The position numbers and the translations under genes were made by a program. This document shows positions 41,439-49,462 of a DNA stretch of 64,000 nt, piece by piece (within the stretch, counting starts at the first letter, position 1; each line of letters opens with the position of its first letter). Below the pieces are notes generated by a model, which saw only the letters and a list, made by a program, of their open reading frames with translations, searched no databases and was not told where the DNA came from. The DNA is taken from the NCBI GenBank assembly GCA_965198065.1, contig CBDAON010000004.1, forward strand, positions 416,001 through 480,000, in the 5' to 3' direction. This DNA is from Longimicrobiales bacterium. GTDB taxonomy: Bacteria > Gemmatimonadota > Gemmatimonadetes > Longimicrobiales > Gaopeijiaceae.

Positions 41439-43471
41439 AGCCGGCCCTCCTCGCGAAGGCGCCAGTGGCCCGTGCCCCTCGGCAGGTAATGGGGCTTCAG
41501 ATAGACGCGCCGGGCCGGCAGGGACTTCGTGCCGTCGTAGGGCAGGCAGATCGCCTGATAGTTGGCGAGGAGGCTGAAGTCCCGGGGCGTGAAGACCGGC
41601 TCCCTCTGCTGACGGAACGACTTGCTCGCGCCGATCGTGCCGCGTCCGCCGCCTGCGCGCCCGGAGAGCAGCGAGAACTCGGGGCGTCCCGTGGTCTCGG
41701 TGAACGTGTAGGAGGGCTGCGTCTTCAGGACGCTCCCGCACATCTCGGACGCGATCCGCGCCGAGGACTCGTCGGAGAGCGAGAGGAAGATCCGGGTGCG
41801 GAGCGTCTGGACGAGCGTGCGCCAGGCCTCGCCCCCGGGCAGCACGGAGCGGAGCGAGGAGATCGACTGCGTGGCGACGATCGGGATGCAGCGGCACTGC
41901 CGGGTCAGCGCGAACGCCTTCTCGTCGCCCGACGGATCGTCCTGCCCGACGGTGGCGAACGCCTGGTACTCGTCGCAGATGAAGACGGCGGGCCGGAGGT
42001 AGCGGCCGGGCCGGCGGGCGGCCTCGGCGGGCCGCCGCAGGAGCGCCTGCATCCAGGCGTTCTTGAGGAGCACGCCGATGGCGCGGGCGAGCGCGGGGTT
42101 CGCGCCCGCGGGCATGTTCAGCGCGAGGACCCTTCCCTCGTCGATCAGCTCGGCTAGCGGCGGCAGCCTCCGCCGAAGGCCCGGCACGGGCCGGACGGAC
42201 TCGGCGTCCTCGTCCGGCGCGGCACCATACATATGTATGGATTCGTCCGGGTCCGGAGGCGGCGGGCAGAACACGCCGGCGACCTGCGGCTGGTCGAACA
42301 GCGACAGGAAGACACTGATCCCCTCGACGATCGAGGTGCGAAGCTTGGCATCGAGCGCCATCCAGTCATGCAGATACCACCGCTCGATGGCCTCGACCTG
42401 CGCGCCGAACTCGCTCCCCGCGCCGCCCCCGATCTCCTCCGTCTCGTACGCGACGCCGAGTTCGGCGAGTCGCGCTCTGAGTTCCGGGTCGAGCCGGCAG
42501 CTCACGTTCTCGGTGTCGGGCACCCGTTCCCAGGCCCAGTTCTTCAGTGTTTCCGGATGGCCGATCATATCGTCGTGGGAGATGACGGCGCGTACCGGAG
42601 AGAGCCGGGCCGCGAGCTCCCGGGCCTCGCGGATCTTCTCCGCGAAGAGCTCCGCGTCGACCGTGCAGCGGTAGATGTCCTGGAGCGTGACCCAGCCCCC
42701 CGGCAAGAGCCGGTACAGTTCGATGATCCAGCGCACGAGATTTGTATAGGCTTGCTGCCAGAACGGTTCTCGGCTCTTGCCGAAGAGCTGGTTGATGAGG
42801 GAGGCGACGCTGTAGGCGAGCGAGTAGGTGTCGAGCAGCGGATCGTCGAGCGGGTTCCACTGCAACGAGCCGTCGAGCCCGATCTCCAGGTAGTCGCCGC
42901 CGCGCCCGGCCTTCTCGAGGATCCCCCGCACTGCGTGGCAGAAGTCGCCCTTGACCTCGAGCACCAGGGCACTGGCCCGGCGCCCGGCCCGGTCGGCCTG
43001 CCAGGAGAGGAGCTGCTGGGCGAACGGATACATGCAGGCGGTGGTCTTGCCGGAGCCGACGGCGCCGACGATGAGGACGCCGGTGTAGAGCCCCGTCTCG
43101 GGGATGACGAGCCAGGAGGGCCGCTCGCTCTCGCGCGGGACGACGGGATGGTGGAGCTCGCCGATCACCAGCGATGGTGTCTCGTCCTCGGGCGAGGCTG
43201 GCCAGGGTGGCAACGTGCCCCGGCGCCCTCCTCCCGCTCGTGGCTGGAGCCATACTCGCCACACGGAGAGGCAGAGGCTCCCGGCGAGCACGACGGCGAT
43301 GGCGGGCGCCACGTAGTACCAGACGCGGATCGTGGAGTGGAGGCCCGGATCGTGGTAGGCGATCAGGTCTAGCACCGGGTCGCCGCCAGTGCCGGGGAAC
43401 GGTGCCCTGAGGGCGTGTCCGGCGGAGGCGCCCAGCGCAGTGCCGATGACGGCGAGCGTTGCTGGCCTCAT
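41435..43471 (-). CDS. Type IV coupling protein (VirD4/TraD-like)
   Basis: N-terminal TM; Walker A GAVGSGKT, LEVKGD, WNPL, Walker B FICDEYQ, IVATQSISSL. Confidence 0.85.
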   Translation of the reverse strand: MRPATLAVIGTALGASAGHALRAPFPGTGGDPVLDLIAYHDPGLHSTIRVWYYVAPAIAVVLAGSLCLSVWRVWLQPRAGGGRRGTLPPWPASPEDETPSLVIGELHHPVVPRESERPSWLVIPETGLYTGVLIVGAVGSGKTTACMYPFAQQLLSWQADRAGRRASALVLEVKGDFCHAVRGILEKAGRGGDYLEIGLDGSLQWNPLDDPLLDTYSLAYSVASLINQLFGKSREPFWQQAYTNLVRWIIELYRLLPGGWVTLQDIYRCTVDAELFAEKIREARELAARLSPVRAVISHDDMIGHPETLKNWAWERVPDTENVSCRLDPELRARLAELGVAYETEEIGGGAGSEFGAQVEAIERWYLHDWMALDAKLRTSIVEGISVFLSLFDQPQVAGVFCPPPPDPDESIHMYGAAPDEDAESVRPVPGLRRRLPPLAELIDEGRVLALNMPAGANPALARAIGVLLKNAWMQALLRRPAEAARRPGRYLRPAVFICDEYQAFATVGQDDPSGDEKAFALTRQCRCIPIVATQSISSLRSVLPGGEAWRTLVQTLRTRIFLSLSDESSARIASEMCGSVLKTQPSYTFTETTGRPEFSLLSGRAGGGRGTIGASKSFRQQREPVFTPRDFSLLANYQAICLPYDGTKSLPARRVYLKPHYLPRGTGHWRLREEGRL

Positions 43472-43481
43472 CGGTCTAACA

Positions 43482-43771
43482 CCCTTCCTGGAAGGATCGC
43501 TGGACGGGAGCGACCCCGCCGGGGAGGGTGGCATGGGCGTGCACATGCCACCTTCCCCGATGCCGTACTAGGCATCCCGAAGGGGGGGTCGCTCCCTCCA
43601 CGGCCGCACCCTCCGGAACGGCATCGCCGGTCCTGCGGCCGTGGTGCAACCGCAACGCCGCCAGCGATATGCGGAATCGGCGGCGCGCACATGGAAGCGG
43701 CGTTTTCGTGCACAAGCACCCCGATGTCGATGTGCACGCGCGGCACGCCACCGACGCCCGCCGTCCGGCGG
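43482..43771. other. Highly structured intergenic region; oriT, single-strand origin or ncRNA candidate
   Basis: Nested inverted repeats GGGAGCGACCCC/GGGGTCGCTCCC, CGGGGAGGGTGGCATG/CATGCCACCTTCCCCG, GATGCC/GGCATC, CCACGGCCGCA/TGCGGCCGTGG, CGTGCACA/TGTGCACG. Confidence 0.6.
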
Positions 43772-44707
43772 TCAAGATCCGCCCCCTGGAAGCCGGCTCG
43801 AACGCCATGTCGTGAACCCGTCGATCGCCGTTCCGGGCCGCGCGGACCGGAGCAGGTCCTTCAGCTCGACGATCCGCTTGAGGCAGGCCTGCAGGTCGCC
43901 ATACTCTTTGAGCACCCGGTCATCCTTCTTGCGGATGGCCTGCTCGATTCGGACGATCTCGCGGCGGGCCGCACTGTCGGGTTCCGGAGCGGCGGAGGGG
44001 CCGGATGCTGTAGATGTGTTGGTCCAGCCCTCGAGGATCGTCAGGGCCCGCTGCAGCTCCCTCACGGTGCGGACGACGGCCACGACCTCGATGGATCGGC
44101 CGCGCTCCCGCAGCGCTTCCCAGAGGCCGCGATGTGCCACGGCCCACGAGCGTAGCGCCGTCGTGGTATCGTGTCCGGGATCGACGTAGACGAACACGGC
44201 GCGCTCGGCTTCGAGCGCGACCGGCAGCTTGAGCGGGAAATAGCGCCGGGTGTTCCCGGCGGCTCCGCGGTAGAGCCGCGAGGGCAGGAGCCGGCGCTCG
44301 ATGCCGAGCGCCTCGAACGCGCCGACCTTCTCCATCTCGGTGGGCAGCCACGACAAGCCGGTGTGCTCGAGCACGTAGTCGAGCGAGAGCAGGCGGCGCA
44401 TGAGCACCTCCTCGGAGGCAGACCTGCGGTGGCGGATGTGCTCGGCGCCGAGCGCGCGGTAGGTCCGCCGGGCGAAGATCCGGCAGACCCTCAGGCCCCC
44501 AAGGATCTCCTCGTCCGCCAGCCGTTGGTCCGACATGGCGCGGACGAACCGGAGCGCCTTCCAGCGGTCGAGGCCGAGATGGGCCGAGAGCTGGGTGCGG
44601 GTGAACACGCCGCTGTGCAGGCAGACGAGCGCGATCCACTCGGCCTGGCGTCCCGTCCAGCCGAGCGGCTCGAGCGCCGCCTCGCGCCCCCGAAGATGGG
44701 CGATCAC
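43772..44707 (-). CDS. ICE hypothetical protein with N-terminal winged-helix-like region
   Basis: LGWTGRQAEWIALVCLHSGVFTRTQL...HIRHRR...RRLLSLDYVL...RYFPLKLPV; coupled to the virB8 stop. Confidence 0.7.
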   Translation of the reverse strand: MIAHLRGREAALEPLGWTGRQAEWIALVCLHSGVFTRTQLSAHLGLDRWKALRFVRAMSDQRLADEEILGGLRVCRIFARRTYRALGAEHIRHRRSASEEVLMRRLLSLDYVLEHTGLSWLPTEMEKVGAFEALGIERRLLPSRLYRGAAGNTRRYFPLKLPVALEAERAVFVYVDPGHDTTTALRSWAVAHRGLWEALRERGRSIEVVAVVRTVRELQRALTILEGWTNTSTASGPSAAPEPDSAARREIVRIEQAIRKKDDRVLKEYGDLQACLKRIVELKDLLRSARPGTAIDGFTTWRSSRLPGGGS

Positions 44708-45372
44708 CTCGAGTCGTCCGTGACCAGGGCCTGGTCGGCCTGGAGGTAGGTGATGAGGATGCCCATCGGGTTGTAGACGACGAGCTCGGAGGGGATGACG
44801 GTGAGGAAGGTGAACCGGAGCGTGAGCGACCAGCGCTCGCGGCGGATCTCCTGTTCGTCCCTGAGGTGCACGAGATCGAAGTCGGCGGTCGCGCCGTGGG
44901 GTGCCTCCGGTGCGGGGTGGATGCGGAGCACGACCTGCTCGACCTGGTGCTCGGTGTCGGAGGTGCCGGCCGCCATGGCGGCGACCTCGGCGCCGTCCCT
45001 CGTGAACGCGGCGTTCGCCAGCTCGGTCGACAGGAAGCGGAGGCTCCGGGTCCAGTGCTCCTCGACCGTGGCGTGGCGGCGCGAATAGAAGTCGGCGATG
45101 AACCGGTTAAGGAAGTATTTGGTCGTGGGATCGAGCGGATCCGCCTGCGCCGTGGCGGCCTCGTAGGCCACGGCCTCGGCACGGCCGACCTCGTCGACCC
45201 GCACGACGATCGGCCGGGGCGGCTCGACGGTCGCGACCCGGAGCAGGAGCACGCCGAGCGCGAGGCACGCGGCAGCGAGGACGATTGCAAGGGTCCTGAG
45301 CTTCCGGTTAGCCTCGACGGTCTCACCCCAGATCTCCGCGTACTCGCGGCCGGCATCGTGTTCTCGGTTCAT
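44704..45372 (-). CDS. virB8: VirB8/TrbF-family T4SS protein
   Basis: YAEIWG...single TM...PIVVRVDEVG...YFLNRFI...YNPMGILIT. Confidence 0.85.
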   Translation of the reverse strand: MNREHDAGREYAEIWGETVEANRKLRTLAIVLAAACLALGVLLLRVATVEPPRPIVVRVDEVGRAEAVAYEAATAQADPLDPTTKYFLNRFIADFYSRRHATVEEHWTRSLRFLSTELANAAFTRDGAEVAAMAAGTSDTEHQVEQVVLRIHPAPEAPHGATADFDLVHLRDEQEIRRERWSLTLRFTFLTVIPSELVVYNPMGILITYLQADQALVTDDSR

Positions 45373-45383
45373 GGATGTCTCCT

Positions 45384-46394
45384 TCAGCCTCCGGGGACTG
45401 GGGGGCGGGCCGGGTTCGCGGCAGCCGTGAGGCGCCCGCCGCCGCGGACCACGAGCGCCATCATGCCCGACCCGACGGATCCGGAGCCGGAGACGAGCAT
45501 CGCGGCGAGCTCGCCCACCTTCATGCCGGCCATCAGGCCGGAGACGACGAGCGGGAGGAGGACGACGACCCAGATCCCGAGCTCGGCGGGGTCGGAGGAG
45601 CCGGTGCCCATCAGGGCGCCGGTATAGGTCGTGACGTAGCCCATGCCCACGCCCATGAACACACGGAGGATGGCTCCGGCCACGACGCCGTAGAGCGTGT
45701 AGACCATGAGCGTGCGGAACCATCCCCAAAACAGGAACGCGAGCGGCTCGAATAGCAGCCAGGGGATGAAGACCGGGCCCAAGAGGATCACGATAGCGAG
45801 CGCCACCTGGGCCCAGATCACCTGCGCGTAGGTCAGGCAGAAGAGTGCGACCAGGCCGAGCACGAGCGGCACGCCCATCATCAGCGCGACGAGGGACGAG
45901 AAGAACACGCTCACGCCCTCGGTCACGACGGTCATCAGGCTCCCGCCCGACCATGCGGCGCCGAGCCGTGCGGCGAACGCCTGGACGAGCGCGGTCATCT
46001 CCGTATAGCCGACGGACACGACGTCGGAGATGAACAGGTTCTGGAGCCAGATCCCTCCGGCCGCGACCATGGCCGGAAAGGTGAAGCCCACGCCCGGGAT
46101 CGGGATGCTGTAGTAATGGAGCAGCGTCCGGGGGATCGCGATCCCGAGCACGACCCGCACGAGGGACCAGGGCTCGAAGGTTCCGCTGTACGCGATCTTG
46201 AGGCCGGTCCAGGCGACGACGATCGCCGCGAGACCGCCCCACAGCTGGTGGCCGAGCGTCAGCACGTCGGGCGCCGCGCCGCCGACCACCGTATCGAGCA
46301 CGACGTCCAGGAACCCCTTGAAGTCCTGGAGCTGATCCGCCGGGATCTGGGCCGGGACGTTCGGATCGATGGACTGGGGGGGAGGAAGCTGCAT
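45384..46394 (-). CDS. virB6: VirB6/TrbL-family T4SS protein
   Basis: Polytopic; LLGPVFIPWLLF..LAFLFWGWF; Gly/Ser-rich tail. Confidence 0.82.
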   Translation of the reverse strand: MQLPPPQSIDPNVPAQIPADQLQDFKGFLDVVLDTVVGGAAPDVLTLGHQLWGGLAAIVVAWTGLKIAYSGTFEPWSLVRVVLGIAIPRTLLHYYSIPIPGVGFTFPAMVAAGGIWLQNLFISDVVSVGYTEMTALVQAFAARLGAAWSGGSLMTVVTEGVSVFFSSLVALMMGVPLVLGLVALFCLTYAQVIWAQVALAIVILLGPVFIPWLLFEPLAFLFWGWFRTLMVYTLYGVVAGAILRVFMGVGMGYVTTYTGALMGTGSSDPAELGIWVVVLLPLVVSGLMAGMKVGELAAMLVSGSGSVGSGMMALVVRGGGRLTAAANPARPPVPGG

Positions 46395-46413
46395 GACGGT
46401 CGCTCCCCGGGGC

Positions 46414-47343
46414 CTAAACTTGGCCGCCCATGTAGAACGACGGGACCTTGAAGAGGAGCCCTTCCCGGAGCCGGTCGCGGTTCTGGAACGCGGCCGCCCG
46501 CATCGCATCCGCCATCGCGTTCGTACGGAGGCGCGCGTCCCTCCACTCGGCGAGCCGCTCGAGCCGGTCGATCTCGGCCTGCTGCATCCGGTTCGCCTGC
46601 TCGACGGCCTGATAGGCGAGCACCTGCGCCACGGCGGCGTTGATCCGGCCCTGCGTCAGCGCGGCCGCGACCTGCGCCTGCTGGAGTGCCGTATTCGACA
46701 GGTTCCCATTCGCGGTGAGCTCGTCGAACGAGCTCTGCGCGCTCTCGACGGTCGAGGCGAGCGAGGCCGCGGCGTCCATCATCGCGTAGTCGAGCACGCG
46801 CTGGCGGTCGGCGGCCTCCTTGGCCTGGCGGTAGTCCTCAACCGCGCGGGAGGATGCCTCGGCCGGGCGGTTACGGTAGAGCCCCAAGATGTCCGCCTCG
46901 CTCACCTGGTCGGCCACACCCTGGGCGCTACGCCAGCCGTCGGTGAACGAATCTCCGCTCCCCATGTCACGCACCGCGTCGACCAGCTCGCCGGCCGCTC
47001 CGGTGAACTCGGAGCCCCAGTCGAGGCCGTCGCCGACGAGGCCGATGGATCCGGCCGCCAGCTCCGCGAACGGTTCGATCAGCCCGTCCACCTCGCCCCG
47101 GGCAACCTCCTTCATGTAGTCGAGCTGCTCCTCGAGCTCGGTGAGCTGGCGGGTCATCGTCCGCATCTGGCGGATCTGGTTCGCGATCTGGGTTGCTTGG
47201 TTCACGATCATCTGGGCTCGCTGAATCGCGCCGCCGATGTCGAAGAAGGCGTTGGCCGGCCCTGCGCTCGCGAGCATCAGGATGGAGACCAAGAGGACGG
47301 TGGTAAGGCTGCGGTGACGCATGATGAGCTCCTTTGGTGTCAT
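46414..47343 (-). CDS. VirB5/TrbJ-like exported helical protein
   Basis: Signal peptide (AGPANA), Gln-rich helices QIANQIRQM, position just before virB6. Confidence 0.65.
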   Translation of the reverse strand: MTPKELIMRHRSLTTVLLVSILMLASAGPANAFFDIGGAIQRAQMIVNQATQIANQIRQMRTMTRQLTELEEQLDYMKEVARGEVDGLIEPFAELAAGSIGLVGDGLDWGSEFTGAAGELVDAVRDMGSGDSFTDGWRSAQGVADQVSEADILGLYRNRPAEASSRAVEDYRQAKEAADRQRVLDYAMMDAAASLASTVESAQSSFDELTANGNLSNTALQQAQVAAALTQGRINAAVAQVLAYQAVEQANRMQQAEIDRLERLAEWRDARLRTNAMADAMRAAAFQNRDRLREGLLFKVPSFYMGGQV

Positions 47344-48617
47344 TGCCGTGTCCCGGACCTGGGGACCAGGACATCGGACGTGAACCAGATGCGCAGGCGA
47401 TGGCCGGCGCGGATCGTGATCGTGGGTAGCCGGTTCAGGAACCGGTCGAGAACCGAGGTCGCGCTCTGGCCGAGGCCCTGGCCGATGCCAGCCCTCAGGC
47501 CGAACGGCGAACCACCGGCCAAGGCGAGTCCGCTCACGACACCGACGGCTCCGGCGGCCGCGAACGTGCTGAAGTAGTGGCGGTCGACTTGGTCCCGAAG
47601 CGCGCCCTCGCCCGCCTGGTTGAGGCCCGTGAACTCGAGGTCGATCCAGCTGCCGTCGGGCAGCAGCAACCGGTGAAACGCGACCGCGAGCCGGCTCTGG
47701 TCCGGGTCCTGAACGGCCTGGGCCGTGCCGACGACGCGTGCGCCGCGCGGGATCAGGACCCGCTGGCGGTCGGCCGAATAGAACGGGACCGAGACAGTCG
47801 CGAGCACCGGTCCGGGGAAATCGCCCGTGAGCTGAGTGAGGAGCACCCCTTCGAGGAACGAGCCCTCGTAGATCCGCTCCCAGCCCGGCAGGTCGGCAGG
47901 CCGGACGCTACGCCATGGCTCAGCCGTGCCGGGCGCTCGGAGGGAGGCCTGCGGCCCGGACGCGGGCGCCGCCGTAGCGGCGATGCCAGGGGACCCGAGG
48001 AGAAGCTGCTCCGCCGCCAGCTCGCCCTCGAGCGCCCCGAGCGACTGCTCGAAGGAGGCGAGAGCCGCTTGGACCGTGTTCTCGAGGACCGCCACACCCG
48101 CGTCGGCCGCATCGCCGGTGCCGGCTTCGGACGACTCCGCGGTCGCGTTCGGATCCCTGTACGACTGAGCCACGGGAAGGGCACGGAGCGAGCGGGTTCT
48201 TCGCTCCAACTCCTCCAGCCGAAGCGCCTCCCTAAGCTCCGACTCGGCCGCGCTCACGCCTGGGATCAAGGCTGCGGTGTTCGGCGTCTCCGACTCGGTC
48301 TGGAGCCGAGCCATCTCCTCGGCGGCCGCGGCCTGCCGGCGCTCGAGCTCGGCCCGCGCCCGGGCGGCGGCCTCCAGGGTCTGCCGCTCGGCCTCCTGGC
48401 GAATGCGGTCTTGGAGCGACCTCCCCATCCCGTCGTCGACGGCCCGGGCCTCGGGCAAGGCCCCGAGAGCGGTCGCATCTTCCTCGGGACCCGTCACCGC
48501 CCAGGAGAACAGGAGTCCGCCGACGAGCACCGCGATCAGCACCACGCCGGCCTTGGTGACGATCCCCCCCGGCAGCGCGCCTTCGGGCGGCCGGACCCAC
48601 TGCTTCCAGCGGCTCAT
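47340..48617 (-). CDS. virB10: VirB10/TrbI-family T4SS protein
   Basis: EGSFLEGVL.TQL.GD.PG, VLIP.GA..VG, RL..PDG, G.GAL.DQVD.H, PTITIRAG. Confidence 0.9.
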   Translation of the reverse strand: MSRWKQWVRPPEGALPGGIVTKAGVVLIAVLVGGLLFSWAVTGPEEDATALGALPEARAVDDGMGRSLQDRIRQEAERQTLEAAARARAELERRQAAAAEEMARLQTESETPNTAALIPGVSAAESELREALRLEELERRTRSLRALPVAQSYRDPNATAESSEAGTGDAADAGVAVLENTVQAALASFEQSLGALEGELAAEQLLLGSPGIAATAAPASGPQASLRAPGTAEPWRSVRPADLPGWERIYEGSFLEGVLLTQLTGDFPGPVLATVSVPFYSADRQRVLIPRGARVVGTAQAVQDPDQSRLAVAFHRLLLPDGSWIDLEFTGLNQAGEGALRDQVDRHYFSTFAAAGAVGVVSGLALAGGSPFGLRAGIGQGLGQSATSVLDRFLNRLPTITIRAGHRLRIWFTSDVLVPRSGTRQ

Positions 48618-49456
48618 CGGAGTCCTTCCCGTGGCGTGAACCGCCAAGCGGCCCGCTTGTCGCCGATCTGGAGCCACCCGTCGCCCAACACGTGTCGGGT
48701 GATGTAGAGGCCGTCCTCCGTCAGGTCGTAGGCCACGAGCGCCGGCTCGCCGTCCCGGAGCTCATAGAGGGCCGGCGACTCCTGGGCATGCGAGCGGAGG
48801 TAGGTGAACTGCCCGTCGTGCCACATCGCTTCGACCAGGAACGGCCGGTCGGCCGCGTCCCCGTCCAGGCGGTACTCGAACGCGAGACGCTCTGGATAGC
48901 CGGCTCGGAACGCTTCGATCTCCGATGCCGCGCGCGACTCGGCTTCTTCCTGGGTCCTCCTGGCCGCCTCCGCCGCCTCGGCGGCCATCTGCTGGTAGGC
49001 CGCGACCTCGCTCCGCGCGACGAACGCGGGACGGCCGCTGCCGCCGCTGGACACCCCCGTCTTCTCCGTGCCGGACTCGACACGGACGACCAGATGGGGT
49101 GGCCCGTCGCTCTGCTCAGCCACCAGGAACGAGTAAATCCGGCCGGACTCGCAGACGAGCGCGATGTTCGTCGCCGCATCTTGAGAGAGAGGCTTCAGGA
49201 ACGCGACGTTCGCCGCGCCGGTCAGGTGCCAGTACTCCGAGTCGCCGACCACGAAGTCGAGGATGTTCTCCCCGGCGGGGAGCACGATGACCGTCGTGTG
49301 ACGGACTTGGGTCCGCAGCCGGTGGATCCGATCCTCGCCCTCCTCCGGGACCGGCACTCGGAGGAAGGCGTCGTCGTCCTGCTGCGCGACGGCCCCGGCG
49401 GGGAGGGCAGCCAAGAGAAGCGCGGTTAGAACGAGGGGTGTAGTCGGGGATCGCAT
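48614..49456 (-). CDS. virB9: VirB9/TrbG-family T4SS protein
   Basis: Signal peptide; TTVIVLP.GE.I....GDS..W, FLKP...TN, MWHDGQFTY, PALY. Confidence 0.85.
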   Translation of the reverse strand: MRSPTTPLVLTALLLAALPAGAVAQQDDDAFLRVPVPEEGEDRIHRLRTQVRHTTVIVLPAGENILDFVVGDSEYWHLTGAANVAFLKPLSQDAATNIALVCESGRIYSFLVAEQSDGPPHLVVRVESGTEKTGVSSGGSGRPAFVARSEVAAYQQMAAEAAEAARRTQEEAESRAASEIEAFRAGYPERLAFEYRLDGDAADRPFLVEAMWHDGQFTYLRSHAQESPALYELRDGEPALVAYDLTEDGLYITRHVLGDGWLQIGDKRAAWRFTPREGLR

Positions 49457-49462
49457 GGCGTA

